Positions 38,026-48,472 of a stretch of 64,000 nucleotides of DNA are shown piece after piece. Under the pieces are notes generated by a model that did no database searches, was not told the DNA's origin, and was given only the letters and a program-made list of their open reading frames with translations. A program made the translations under genes and the position numbers. The first letter of the stretch is position 1. The number at the start of each line of letters is the position of its first letter. Origin of the DNA: an uncultured Gemmatimonadales bacterium (GTDB taxonomy: Bacteria > Gemmatimonadota > Gemmatimonadetes > Gemmatimonadales > Gemmatimonadaceae); assembly GCA_963850905.1 (NCBI GenBank), contig CAWKMU010000003.1, positions 736,001 through 800,000 on the forward strand. The letters are read 5' to 3'.

Positions 38026-38559
38026 TCACGCCGCCCGCACCGCCTCGCTGGCCAAGGCCCTATACACACACACCTCAACGCACTGCGAGCGTCGCGGGCA
38101 GCTCGTGCAGTCCCGTCGGATCTTTTCAGGGAACAGCGCCCGATCGACGACCCGATAGCCCAGCGAATGAAAGAACGGCGCCGTTGTGGTGAGCGCAAAG
38201 AGCTCGGAGATGCCACGCGCATGCGCCAACCGCTCGACTCGACGCACGAGCGAGCCGCCAATGCCAAGTCCATGCGCCTCGGGCGCGACCGCGACCGACG
38301 CCACTTCGGCCAACGACGGCGAGTACTCGCGCACCGCCGCGCATCCGAGCAGATGGCCGCGCGCATCCGTCGCCACTACGAAGTCGTCGAGCGCGAGCGC
38401 AATCGACTCCGTCGACTTGGGAAGCATTACCTGCTGCGCCGCAAACGCATTGATGAGCGCGGCGATGTCGGGGACATCGCTCAGACGGGCAGGTCGAATG
38501 ATTGGACGCGACATGGCAGGAGGCGGTGAAGGAAGCGAGGCGCGAGCGGACGCGATCAA
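38026..38559 (-). CDS. argA: GNAT N-acetyltransferase, short ArgA-type amino-acid acetyltransferase
   Basis: IRPARLSDV..I..LI, LAEVASVAV...HG.GIG, LFALTT..FF..LGY and PEKI..DC..CP..CVE; last gene of the argCBD operon. Confidence 0.75.
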   Translation of the reverse strand: MIASARASLPSPPPAMSRPIIRPARLSDVPDIAALINAFAAQQVMLPKSTESIALALDDFVVATDARGHLLGCAAVREYSPSLAEVASVAVAPEAHGLGIGGSLVRRVERLAHARGISELFALTTTAPFFHSLGYRVVDRALFPEKIRRDCTSCPRRSQCVEVCVYRALASEAVRAA

Positions 38560-39818
38560 CGGTTCGCGATCGCTTGGGCGAGAAGCGACACGCCCAGCGA
38601 CAGCTGATCACGCGAGATCGTGAGCGGAGGGAGCAGACGGATGGTGTGATCACCCGCCGAGAGCACGAGGAGGCCGAGCGCACGGGCACGACCGATGACC
38701 GCCGATGCCTGCTCGCGGACGTCGATGCCCCAGATCAAGCCGGCGCCGCGGATCCCTCGCACCCCGGTCGGTTCATCAGCGAGTCGCGCGAGCGCGTGAC
38801 CCAGCCACACGCCGTGCGCGCGGACGGAGGCCAACAGGGCCGGGTCCGCGAGGCGCTCGACGACATAGCGCGCGATCGATGTCACGAAGGGCCCGCCGCC
38901 AAACGTGCTGCCGTGATCCCCGGGCGTGACCGCCGACGCGATCTCCGCGCTCATGAGGACTGCACCGATGGGCAACCCACCGCCGAGCGGCTTGGCCAAT
39001 GTCATGATGTCGGGCAGGACGCCGGCATGCTCGTGGGCGAACAATCGCCCCGTGCGGCCGAGGCCACATTGAATCTCGTCGAAGATGAGCGCGATCCGGC
39101 GCTCGCGCGTGAGCGCGCGCAGCTCCCGCAGAAAGCCGGGGTCGAGCACGCGCACGCCGCCTTCGCCCTGCACGGGCTCGACGACGAGCGCCGCGACGTT
39201 CTCATCAAGCAGCGCGCCGTCGAGCTCCGCCAGATCTCGCTCGGCCACCCACACTCCGCCGGCCAGCGGCCGGAAGGGCGCGCGGTAGGACGGCCGGTCA
39301 GTCGCTGCGAGCGATCCGAATAGCCGCCCGTGAAAGCTTCCGCGCAGCGCGACGATCTCGTGCTTCGCCGGGCCACCGACGCCGCGGCCCCACCGCCGCG
39401 CAAACTTGAACGCCCCTTCGTTCGCCTCGGCGCCCGAGTTGCACAGGAAGACGCGATCGGCGAACGAATGGTCCACCAGCCACTGCGCGAGCTCCGCACC
39501 CGGCGCCGTGTGGAACAGGTTGGAGGTATGCACCAAGCCGTCCGCGGCGGCGTGCAGCGCTGCGCGAAGACCTGCGTCGCCGTAGCCCAGGGCGTTGACG
39601 GCAATGCCGCTCGTGAAGTCGAGGTAGTGCCGCCCCGCCTCATCGATCAACTCCGCGCCTTCCCCATCGACAATCGTGATCGGCGCCCGAGCGTATGTGC
39701 CGACCAATGCCGTGTACGGCGCATGCTCGTGGCCGCCGGACGGACCCGCCGGCAACACGCTCGCACCCGCGCTGCCGCGCGAAGAGTCGAGGACGGGCAG
39801 CGCGATGCTCGTCGTCAT
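38556..39818 (-). CDS. argD: Acetylornithine aminotransferase
   Basis: YLDFTSGIAVNALG, NSGAEANE, SFHGR, EPVQGEGG, FDEIQCGLGRTG, LAKPLGGG and HGSTFGG. Confidence 0.92.
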   Translation of the reverse strand: MTTSIALPVLDSSRGSAGASVLPAGPSGGHEHAPYTALVGTYARAPITIVDGEGAELIDEAGRHYLDFTSGIAVNALGYGDAGLRAALHAAADGLVHTSNLFHTAPGAELAQWLVDHSFADRVFLCNSGAEANEGAFKFARRWGRGVGGPAKHEIVALRGSFHGRLFGSLAATDRPSYRAPFRPLAGGVWVAERDLAELDGALLDENVAALVVEPVQGEGGVRVLDPGFLRELRALTRERRIALIFDEIQCGLGRTGRLFAHEHAGVLPDIMTLAKPLGGGLPIGAVLMSAEIASAVTPGDHGSTFGGGPFVTSIARYVVERLADPALLASVRAHGVWLGHALARLADEPTGVRGIRGAGLIWGIDVREQASAVIGRARALGLLVLSAGDHTIRLLPPLTISRDQLSLGVSLLAQAIANR

Positions 39819-40684
39819 GCGGCCGCCCCTTGCGCCGCATGCGGCGCGTCCGTCAGTGCATCACGCTGCCGCACGACGAGCGTGCCGCCGTCGATCCCGG
39901 TGAGGATGTCGAGCGCGCCGATCCGGACCTGCGTCGCGCCCCCCTCGATGGCGGCCAGCGCAGCTCGCACCTTGGCGACCATTCCGCCCGCGATCTCGCC
40001 CCGCGCAATCGCCTCGTCGGCCACAGCAGGCGTCATCTGGGGCACGCGCTCCCCATCGATGCGCACGCCGGCGACATCCGACACGAACAGCAGCTCCGAT
40101 GCACCGATCGCGAGCGCGATGGCGGTGGCCGCGTCGTCGCCATTGATGTTGAGCGCCGCGGGCCTGGCGTCGGCAAGCCCGCTCGGCCATTCGACGTTGC
40201 TCTTGCATGCGCGCGCGGCGGCGACCGGCGCGATGACCGGGAGATAGCCGGCCGCAACCAACGTGGCCAGGAGCGATGTGTCCACGCTCCGCACCGCGCC
40301 GACGGCACCCAGTGCCCCGTCAGCGAGCACGTCGGCCGTGAGCAGCGGGCCATCCTCGCCCGAGAGGCCCAGCGCGCGGACCCCGATCTGCGTGAGCGCT
40401 GCAACGAGTCGCTTGTTGGCGAGGCCCGACAGCGCCATGCGCAACCGATCGATATCGTCTGCTCGGGTGATCCGTCGCCCACCGATGAACGTCGGCTCGA
40501 TACCGGCAGCACGCTGGAGCGCCGTCACCTCGTCGCCTCCGCCATGCACCAGACAGCACACGTCGCCAACCGTGGACCCAGCTCGCCACTGCGCCCAGTA
40601 CACCGCCAGCGCCGCAGCGAGCCGCGGGTCCCGCTGGGCGCGGCCGCCCACCTTGATCACGGTGCCCACGCGCGATCGCGTCAT
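39815..40684 (-). CDS. argB: Acetylglutamate kinase
   Basis: VIKVGG, VHGGG, GRRIT, NINGDDAA and GGMVAKV. Confidence 0.92.
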   Translation of the reverse strand: MTRSRVGTVIKVGGRAQRDPRLAAALAVYWAQWRAGSTVGDVCCLVHGGGDEVTALQRAAGIEPTFIGGRRITRADDIDRLRMALSGLANKRLVAALTQIGVRALGLSGEDGPLLTADVLADGALGAVGAVRSVDTSLLATLVAAGYLPVIAPVAAARACKSNVEWPSGLADARPAALNINGDDAATAIALAIGASELLFVSDVAGVRIDGERVPQMTPAVADEAIARGEIAGGMVAKVRAALAAIEGGATQVRIGALDILTGIDGGTLVVRQRDALTDAPHAAQGAAA

Positions 40685-41682
40685 GCGGGAAGTCCGACCG
40701 ACTCCTCGAAACCGAGAAGCACGTTGGCGTTTTGCAGGGCCTGGCCAGCTGCGCCCTTGAGCAGATTGTCGATCGCCGCCGTGATGATGAGGGTCGGCTG
40801 ACGGACACCCGCGGCGCGCGTCACCGAGATCCGCGCGGTATTGCGATGCACGACCTCGCGCAGCGACGGCGGCTCGGCGACCACCTCGATGAACCGCTCG
40901 CTGCCGTAGTGCGAGCGCCACAGCGCCAGCGGATCGCCGACAGTCTCGCGCAGTGGCACCGTGATCGTCGCCAGAATCCCGCGCGCGACGGGCAGCAGGT
41001 GGGGCGTGAAGATCAGATCGATATCCGCACCAAAGCGCGCGCAGATCGCCCGCATCTCTGCCAGATGCCGGTGGTCGTTGCCGACCGCGTAGGCTCGAAA
41101 GTTCTCGGTCACTTCGGCAAAAAGGAGATCGCGTCGTGGACTATCTCCCGCGCCAGTGACACCGCTTGCGGCATTGATGGCGACGGTGGCCCCGGGCGCG
41201 ATGAGATCACGCGCGAGCAGTGGCAAAAGCGCCAGCAGCACCGCGGTGGCATAGCACCCCGGGTTCGCCACAACGTCGGCGTCCCGCACTTGGGCGCGCG
41301 CGAGCTCGGTCAGCCCGTACGTGGCGCGCGCACGTAGCGCGTCCGACTCATGCGGTGTCGCCTGATCGCGAGCCGGCGTCGCGCCCGGTCGCAGATCGGC
41401 CGACAGGTCGACGACCCGCGCCCCGGCAGCCTGCGCGCGCGCGACCCACGGCGCCGACGCGCCGTGGGGCAACGCGCTGAACACGAGCGCGGCATCACCC
41501 AACGGCGCATCATCGATGCCGATGAACTGAATCCGCCGATTCTCGATGTGCGCAGCCTCACCCCGCCGTTCGCCTGCCGCCGCCCACGCCAGCTCGAGCC
41601 GGTCGTGCGCCAGCGCGAGCGCACACAGCGTGCGTCCGGCATAGCCACTGGCCCCCAAGACGCCGACGGGGAGTTTATGCAT
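40681..41682 (-). CDS. argC: N-acetyl-gamma-glutamyl-phosphate reductase
   Basis: GASGYAG, ALPHG, VDLSADLR, VANPGCY, SGVTGAG, HRHLAE and DNLLKGAAGQA. Confidence 0.95.
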   Translation of the reverse strand: MHKLPVGVLGASGYAGRTLCALALAHDRLELAWAAAGERRGEAAHIENRRIQFIGIDDAPLGDAALVFSALPHGASAPWVARAQAAGARVVDLSADLRPGATPARDQATPHESDALRARATYGLTELARAQVRDADVVANPGCYATAVLLALLPLLARDLIAPGATVAINAASGVTGAGDSPRRDLLFAEVTENFRAYAVGNDHRHLAEMRAICARFGADIDLIFTPHLLPVARGILATITVPLRETVGDPLALWRSHYGSERFIEVVAEPPSLREVVHRNTARISVTRAAGVRQPTLIITAAIDNLLKGAAGQALQNANVLLGFEESVGLPA

Positions 41683-41702
41683 TGGGAATGCATAATATTC
41701 CG
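41668..41702. promoter_or_regulatory. Tandem ARG-box-like operator overlapping the argC start; TTGACG -35 at 41712-41717 (minus strand)
   Basis: TTATGCA-TTGGGAA-TGCATAA, matching the motif upstream of argG. Confidence 0.65.
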
Positions 41703-41871
41703 CGCCCCCTGCGTCAAGCGTTTTCCGCGCGGTTTTGCGTCGTTTTTTGGAAGGGCGGGTAGCGGGTGACGGCTGCGTCGCCCTCCATCGCCGCGCGCAC
41801 CTTGGCCCGAGGAGCCGCGGCCGTTTGCAACGGTCTGGCACCGGCAGCGTACTCCTGTAGCTTCCGTCCCC

Positions 41872-42342
41872 ATGGCAGGGAAACGCGAGCGACACGCGGT
41901 CATTCTCGAGCTGATCGACGGACGTCCGGTCGCGACGCAGGAGGACCTGCGCCGCCTCCTCCGGCAGCGAGGGCTGGAAGTCACGCAATCCACCCTCTCG
42001 CGCGACGTGCACGAGCTACGGCTCGCGCGCGTCCCCACCGGCGACGGCGTGCGCTACGCCCGCGCCGAAAGTGGTGGCGGCCCCGTCAATGGCGGCCAGC
42101 CCTCGCTGGAGACGCTCGTCCCACAGCTCGTCACGTCCCTCGACGGCGTCTCGGAGCTCCTCGTCGTGCGCACCCCGCCGGGCAGCGCCCAGACCATCGC
42201 CCGCGCCATCGACGGCGAACACCTGGGCGACATCCTCGGTACCATCGCCGGCGACGACACGATCCTCATCGTCTGTCGCTCCGTGGCCGCGCGCGAACGG
42301 CTGGGCCGGCGCGTCGCCGGGCTCATGAATGAGGGGGCCTGA
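41872..42342 (+). CDS. argR: Arginine repressor
   Basis: TQEDL..L...G.EVTQSTLSRD, VRTPPGSA and GTIAGDDTI. Confidence 0.95.
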   Translation: MAGKRERHAVILELIDGRPVATQEDLRRLLRQRGLEVTQSTLSRDVHELRLARVPTGDGVRYARAESGGGPVNGGQPSLETLVPQLVTSLDGVSELLVVRTPPGSAQTIARAIDGEHLGDILGTIAGDDTILIVCRSVAARERLGRRVAGLMNEGA

Positions 42343-42453
42343 ACGGGCGCTAAAGCGGAGTGGAGTAGGCGGTCCTTGTCTACTTTCTACTTTCTGTGCT
42401 TCTACTTTCTCGGGCGCGCAGCGCCCGTCCTATTGACCTCCATGCACACCACC

Positions 42454-42488
42454 CGTTTATTTATGCATTCGCATCGCATAACTATCCG
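42454..42488. promoter_or_regulatory. Tandem ARG boxes upstream of argG
   Basis: CGTTTATTTATGCA-7 nt-CGCATAACTATCCG; TTGACC at 42433. Confidence 0.65.
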
Positions 42489-42499
42489 TGGAGCCTGCC

Positions 42500-43870
42500 A
42501 TGTCAGCTAGTCACCCGCCGTCTCGCGGGGTTTCGACAATCGTGCTTGCCTACTCGGGCGGGCTCGATACCTCCGTCATCGTGCCGTGGCTCAAGGAGCA
42601 CTATCCGGGAGCCCGCGTCATCTGCGTGGCCGCAGACATTGGACAGGGCGATGAGCTCACGGGGGTGCGCGCCAAGGCGCTCGCCTCGGGTGCCGATGAA
42701 TGCTTTGTCGAGGATCTGAGACAGGAGTTCGTCGAGGAGTATATCTGGCCTACGCTGCGCGCTGGCGCGGTCTACGGACGGAAGTATCTGCTCGGCACTG
42801 CGATGGCTCGCCCGCTGATCGCCCGCCGGCAGGTCGAGGTCGCTCGGCGCATCGGTGCAGACGCGCTCGCGCACGGATGCACGGGCAAGGGCAACGATCA
42901 GGTGCGGTTCGAGCTCACGTACGCGGCATTCGCACCGGACCTCACGATCATCGCACCGTGGCGCGAGTGGGACATCCGCAGTCGGGAAGACGCGCTCGCC
43001 TATGCCGCGGGACACCGCGTGCCCGTCACTGCGACGATCGAGAAGATCTACTCCCGCGACCGCAACCTGTGGCACCTCTCGCACGAAGGCGGCGGACTCG
43101 AAGACCCGAACTGGGCGCCGGCCGAGGACGTGTTTCAGCTGACCACGTCGCCTGCGTGCGCGCCCGATGAGCCGGAGCGCGTCACGATCGGGTTCGACGA
43201 GGGGACGCCCACATCGGTCAATGGGGTGACACTCGATCCGGTGACGCTCGTGGCGACGCTCAATCAGATCGGGGGACGGCACGGCGTCGGACGCATCGAT
43301 CTCGTGGAGGATCGCCTCGTCGGGATGAAGTCGCGCGGTGTCTACGAGACGCCGGGCGGGACGCTGCTGTATACGGCGCACAGTGAGCTCGAGCAGCTCA
43401 CGCTCGATCGGCGGACTCTCGCGGCCAAGGATGTCGTTGCGACGCGGTACGCGGACCTCGTGTACGAGGGTCGCTGGTGGACGACGGAGCGCGAGGCGTA
43501 CGATGCGCTGGTGACTGTCACCCAGCGCAACGTCACGGGCACGATCACGCTGTCGTTGTACAAGGGCAACGTGGCCGTCGCGGGTCGGACAAGTCCGTGC
43601 GCCCTCTACGACGAGCGCTTCGTCACGTTTGGCGCCGACGATGTCTATCAGCAGGCGGACGCGGCGGGATTCATTCGTCTGTTCGGTCTGTCGCACCGCG
43701 TGGCGGCGCTCAAGGCGCGTGAGCGGGCCGACAGCGCGCGCCAAGCGGATGCCGCGACCAACGGCGCGCCTGCGGAAGTCGTGCCAGCGTCAGCGCACAC
43801 GAACGGCGCCGCGACGCTCGTCGATGAAGTGACGTTGGCCGGCGCCGACGAACCAGTGGGGGTCGCATGA
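42500..43870 (+). CDS. argG: Argininosuccinate synthase
   Basis: [36 protein letters not shown] and [14 protein letters not shown]. Confidence 0.97.
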   Translation: MSASHPPSRGVSTIVLAYSGGLDTSVIVPWLKEHYPGARVICVAADIGQGDELTGVRAKALASGADECFVEDLRQEFVEEYIWPTLRAGAVYGRKYLLGTAMARPLIARRQVEVARRIGADALAHGCTGKGNDQVRFELTYAAFAPDLTIIAPWREWDIRSREDALAYAAGHRVPVTATIEKIYSRDRNLWHLSHEGGGLEDPNWAPAEDVFQLTTSPACAPDEPERVTIGFDEGTPTSVNGVTLDPVTLVATLNQIGGRHGVGRIDLVEDRLVGMKSRGVYETPGGTLLYTAHSELEQLTLDRRTLAAKDVVATRYADLVYEGRWWTTEREAYDALVTVTQRNVTGTITLSLYKGNVAVAGRTSPCALYDERFVTFGADDVYQQADAAGFIRLFGLSHRVAALKARERADSARQADAATNGAPAEVVPASAHTNGAATLVDEVTLAGADEPVGVA

Positions 43871-45349
43871 CGCCCGCCGACGGCCCGCCGACCACGACCG
43901 ACACGCCGGCCTCGCCGGCCCGCGCACGCGCGCACCGCCTCTGGGGCGGCCGCTTCGCAAACGCGAGCGCACCGGCGCTCGAAGCGTTGAACCGCTCGAT
44001 CGGGACGGACTTCCGACTGTGGCCCTTCGACATTCGCCTCTCCCAAGGCGTGGGCCGTCGCGCTGTGGGACGCCGGCGTGCTGACGTTGGCGGAAAGCCA
44101 ACGCCTCGAGGCCGGATTGGAGGTGGTGGGACAGCGTCTCGAGGCAGGCGCGCTCGCCGAGTCGAGCGATGAGGACGTGCATACGATGATCGATCGCATG
44201 CTCACCGAGGTCGTCGGCGAATTGGGCGCGCGACTGCACACGGGCCGCAGTCGGAACGACCAGGTCGCCACCGCGACGCGACTCTGGTGCGCCGACGCGG
44301 TGGCCTCGCTCGATGCCGGCGTGCGGGGCGTGCAGCATGCATTGCTCGATCGGGCCGCGGAGTACGAGGACACTCTCATGCCTGCGTACACCCACCTGCA
44401 GCGCGCGCAGCCCGTCTCGGTCGCACACTGGCTGCTGGGCCACTTCTGGCCACTCGAGCGGGATCGCGCGCGTTTGACTGCAGCAGGGCGAGGCGCGCTC
44501 GCAGCGCTCCCGCTCGGATCGGGCGCGGTCGCAGGATGCGCGTATCCGATCTCGCGCGTTCTCCTCAAGGAGAGCCTGGGCTTCTCGGGATTGTCCGCCA
44601 ACAGCGTGGACGCCGTGAGCGATCGCGATTTCGTCGCGGAGCTGCTCTTCGCCGCGACGCTGCTCGCAACGCACCTCTCGCGGCTCGCTGAAGATTTCAT
44701 TCTCTTCGGAACAGCGGAATTCGGGTTCGTGCGGTTCGGCGAGGCCTACACGACGGGATCGAGCATGATGCCGCAGAAGCGGAACCCGGACGTGTTGGAG
44801 CTGACGCGTGCCTCCAGCGGACGTGCACTCGGCGATCTCACGACGCTCCTCGTCACCATCAAAGGACTGCCGACCGGCTACAACAAGGACCTCCAGGAAG
44901 ACAAGCGCGCGCTGTTCGACGCGGTCGACACGCTGCAGCTCGTCCTCCCCGCGGTCGCCGGCGCACTCGGCGACATGACGTTCCTGCCGGCGCGGATGCA
45001 TGCCGCATTGGATGGCGGCCTCATGGCGACCGACGTGGCGGACTATCTCGTGCGAAAGGGCGTCACCTTCCGCGAGGCGCACGCGGCGGTGGGGTCGCTC
45101 ATCCGCGCAGCCGAGTTGGCCGGGGTGGAGCTGCACGAGCTGCCGCTGGATATGTTTACCGCAGCCCACGCGGCCTTCCGCGCAGACGTCGTCGATGCCC
45201 TGTCGCCCGAACGGTCCGTCGAACGGCGCAATGTCGAAGGCGGTACCGGCCCGGACGCCGTTCGCCACCAGCTCGAGGCCGCGCGTGCAGCACTCGCGCC
45301 CGCGCGCGAGACTCCGCGCGGGAATGAGTGGGTGGTGGCAGTGGGCTGA
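43867..45349 (+). CDS. argH: Argininosuccinate lyase; apparent +1 indel near 44044
   Basis: LWGGRF, then in the shifted frame [30 protein letters not shown] and YNKDLQEDK. Confidence 0.93.
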
Positions 45350-45480
45350 CTGGCGCTATCGCGCCAGTAGAGAGGAGAAGCGCAGAAAGGAGAAAGGAGA
45401 CAACGGCAAGGGGTCACGGAACAAGTCGAGAGGCCGGTCACTGTGCACAGTGACCGGCCCTCTGATCCTCAACTCTCTCT
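45350..45480. repeat. AGGAGAA-armed element with a GGCCGGTCACTGTGCACAGTGACCGGCC palindrome
   Basis: Heptamer array plus a perfect palindrome between convergent genes. Confidence 0.75.
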
Positions 45481-46234
45481 AGCGCGCGACCGCTCGCGCC
45501 GGTTCCCGCATCACGAGTCCCGCGATCATGTCGACACACGCGTCGATGGGGATGGTGCTGGTGTTGAGCTGCAGGTCGTACAGCAGCGGATCGCGCAGGT
45601 CAACGTGGTAGTGGCGGCGCACATATGCCCGGCGTACCTCGTCCATGCGCCGCGCGAGCTGCGCGGCGGCGACTCGGTCGCACGTCTCGCGCCGACAAAT
45701 ACGGTCGACGCGCTGATCCATCGATGCGACGAGCCGCACGTGCAAAGTGCCCGGCCGATGCCGGAGCAGACACTGCGCGCCGTGCCCCACGACGATGAGC
45801 GGCGGCGACTGCACCGCCGCCAGAATGGCGGCGCGAGCGGCCTCGGCGACCGCGTCGGGGTGGACGACGGTGTTGCTGTCGAGATCGACATGCTGCTCCG
45901 GCGGAGTCATCAAGAGGGTCGACGCCACGAGCCGGGCAAGCCAGTTCGACGTGCGTTCGTCGAACGGTTCGACGTGCCGCGGATCGAGCTGGAGGCGTGT
46001 CGCCACCGCTTGGACGAGCTCGCGGTCCAGGACGGACCACTGCAGCTTCGCGCCGAGCGCACGTGCCAGGTCGCTCCCGCCGGCACCAAATTCCCGCGAG
46101 ACGGTGATGAGATCGATCGACTCGCCTCGCGGCTTGGGCCACTCCGCATTGGCAGCCCCCGCCCCCGGGTCCACTTGAGCGGGGTAGGTCCCCGTGTCCT
46201 GGAATTGTCCCTGCGTGACCCATTCATCGGACAT
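45479..46234 (-). CDS. Cytidylate kinase-like family protein
   Basis: ITVSREFGAGG..LA..L, VVGHGAQ.LL, HVRLVA...RV and DPLLYDLQLNT. Confidence 0.88.
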   Translation of the reverse strand: MSDEWVTQGQFQDTGTYPAQVDPGAGAANAEWPKPRGESIDLITVSREFGAGGSDLARALGAKLQWSVLDRELVQAVATRLQLDPRHVEPFDERTSNWLARLVASTLLMTPPEQHVDLDSNTVVHPDAVAEAARAAILAAVQSPPLIVVGHGAQCLLRHRPGTLHVRLVASMDQRVDRICRRETCDRVAAAQLARRMDEVRRAYVRRHYHVDLRDPLLYDLQLNTSTIPIDACVDMIAGLVMREPARAVAR

Positions 46235-46279
46235 GAGATTCTCCCGTTCCGCTCCGTCAGCCGTCGCTGAGTGTTCCCG

Positions 46280-46543
46280 TCACGGATGGTCCAATTCGCG
46301 GCGATCGCCGGGGCCAGTGTCCGGGTCGGCGTCGCCCAGGTCGAGATGTCGAGCGGTCGACTCGAGAAAATCCCGAGCGACCTCGTCGCGCGCGGAGGGA
46401 GAATCGAACGGGCGAAAGACGGCACCGCCACACCGTGGACACACGAGGCGGCCAGTTTCCCCGCCCCGTGAGTACAGCTCGTTTCCGCAGGTCACACAGA
46501 CCCACGTCGTCAGATCGCCGTCCGGTTCACCCCGCGCAGACAT
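46280..46543 (-). CDS. Small zinc-ribbon hypothetical protein
   Basis: WVCVTCG...LVCPRCGG.VFR; AGGAG Shine-Dalgarno. Confidence 0.7.
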   Translation of the reverse strand: MSARGEPDGDLTTWVCVTCGNELYSRGGETGRLVCPRCGGAVFRPFDSPSARDEVARDFLESTARHLDLGDADPDTGPGDRRELDHP

Positions 46544-46601
46544 TCCCGACTCCTATATCGGTGCTGCCCTGGAGAGCCGCAAGACGTGTGCTGGAGAAGC
46601 A

Positions 46602-46796
46602 CGGCGGCGGGGTCTGGAGGTCTGGGGTCTGAGTGGGTCAGGAACAAATCGTCAAGCCGACCGCGCGCACCGCGGCTGGCCATGGACCGGTAGGGGCGAC
46701 GCATTGCGTCGCCCGTTGTTGTTGCGGCGGTGGTTGTCGTTCCCAGACCCCACACCCCAAACCCCTGATCCCTGATCCCTGATCCCTGATCCCCGC
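46602..46796. repeat. Composite element with GTAG-REP (46690)
   Basis: GGGGTCT arm, REP, GTT tail and (CCTGATC)n arm. Confidence 0.85.
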
Positions 46797-46808
46797 ACTT
46801 TTCCCCGC

Positions 46809-47609
46809 ATGTCTCGCCTCGCCTGGGCCACCGACGTCCACTTCGAGTTCGCGACGGTGGACGTCGTCGCCGCGTTCTGTGAAGGCATCATCGCGCTGGC
46901 GCCGGACGGCCTGCTGCTTACGGGCGACATTGCCCAGGCCACGAGCATCGAGCGGTACCTCCGCGCACTCGATCGGGTACTACCGATGCCCATCTACTTC
47001 GTGCTGGGTAACCACGACTTCTACCACGGCAGCATTGCCGACGTGCGCGCCGCGGTCGATACGCTCGTCGCGCAGGCCACGCATCTCACCTGGATGTCTC
47101 GGGCCGGTGTGGTCCCGGTCGCCGGCGCCACCGCGCTCGTCGGACATGATGGATGGGCCGACGGGCGCTGTGGCGACTACGCGTCCTCACGCGTGCTGCT
47201 CAACGACTATCGACTGATTCGAGAGCTGACAGGCCTCACGCCAGCCGACAGGCGCGTGGCACTCGAGCGCCTGGGCGATGAGGCCGCGGCGCACTTCGCC
47301 CGCGTGCTCCCCGCCGCGCTGGCCGACCACCGCCACGTCATTGCGCTGACGCACGTCCCGCCGTTCCCGGAGGCCAGTTGGTACCAGGGACGCATCGCCG
47401 ATCCCGATTGGCTGCCGCACTTCTGCGCCGCCGCCGTCGGAGAGGTCTTCGTGCGCGTCATGGAGGCGCACCCCGACCGTGACCTGCTGGTGCTCTGCGG
47501 CCACACCCACACCGGCGCGCCAGTTCAGATCAGACCGAACCTGCGCGTCCTCGTGGGATCGGCCACCTATGGGCGGCCGGAGGTGCAGGAGGTGTTGGAG
47601 GTTAGCTAG
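46809..47609 (+). CDS. Calcineurin-like metallophosphoesterase (Icc/CpdA-like)
   Basis: TDVH, TGDIA, LGNHD, THVPP and GHTH. Confidence 0.9.
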   Translation: MSRLAWATDVHFEFATVDVVAAFCEGIIALAPDGLLLTGDIAQATSIERYLRALDRVLPMPIYFVLGNHDFYHGSIADVRAAVDTLVAQATHLTWMSRAGVVPVAGATALVGHDGWADGRCGDYASSRVLLNDYRLIRELTGLTPADRRVALERLGDEAAAHFARVLPAALADHRHVIALTHVPPFPEASWYQGRIADPDWLPHFCAAAVGEVFVRVMEAHPDRDLLVLCGHTHTGAPVQIRPNLRVLVGSATYGRPEVQEVLEVS

Positions 47610-47777
47610 ACCTTGGACGCTAGACGCTGGACGCTAGAAGACGAACCTCGAGCCCACCTGCACGCACCGCGGCCGGCCTTGGACCGGTAGGGGCGACGCA
47701 TTGCGTCGCCCGTCGTTGTCGCCGCGGTTGGTTGCCGTTCCCCTCACCCTTTCCCGCCGTCTGCCGTCCGCCGTTCA
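47606..47777. repeat. Composite element with CTAGACG arm and GTAG-REP (47687)
   Basis: The TAG of the upstream gene and the TGA of the downstream convergent gene both lie in the element ends. Confidence 0.8.
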
Positions 47778-48098
47778 AGCCTGCGCGCGTTCGCGGCTCG
47801 TCCGCACCAACCACCCGAGCAACAACCCCACGATCACGACCGGCAGCACGACCCAGATCGCGATCTTGATGGCGGCGATGAAGGCGACCGCGACGACGAG
47901 GCCCAGGACCCCAAGCACGGCAATGAAGGGGATGCTGAGTACGGCGACGATGATGAGGGGGATGGCCAGCACCGCACCCAGGACGATCGCGCCAGCCACG
48001 AAGAGCGGGATGCCGAACAGCGCGAGGACCAATGCGATCGGTGCGAGCACGACCGCGCCAATGATGCCGAGAATAGCGCCTTTGATGAGCGGAGCCAT
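47775..48098 (-). CDS. Small, highly hydrophobic membrane protein
   Basis: GAGGAG Shine-Dalgarno; about 95 nearly uninterrupted hydrophobic residues. Confidence 0.75.
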   Translation of the reverse strand: MAPLIKGAILGIIGAVVLAPIALVLALFGIPLFVAGAIVLGAVLAIPLIIVAVLSIPFIAVLGVLGLVVAVAFIAAIKIAIWVVLPVVIVGLLLGWLVRTSRERAQA

Positions 48099-48472
48099 GT
48101 GCGTCTCCTCACACGGGTGAGCTGGGTGCCGTAGTGCAGTCGGCGTACCCACCGGTGACTACGATTCTGGCAGTCTCTGGGTTTCGCCGAATGCCGTGCC
48201 TGCGGGCCTCGGTACCATGTCAGCGAGGACCGGGCCGAACCGCGCGCAGTAGGGGCGACACCGTACGTCGCCCGCGAGGGGGCGTGCCGCGATTCAACCG
48301 AGGCGCACGCCCGTCCACCGTCGAGATTCCGGGACGAGCGGACGGCTCCCAAGCGCGCCTCTTGCGAGCGTTGGGCGGCGTGCGTCACGAGCGACCAATG
48401 GGACGGCCGGCTGGGCAGGGCCGCGGTGGAGGTCCCAGCGCAGCACGCGTTCGCGCGCGGACCCGAGTGGCG

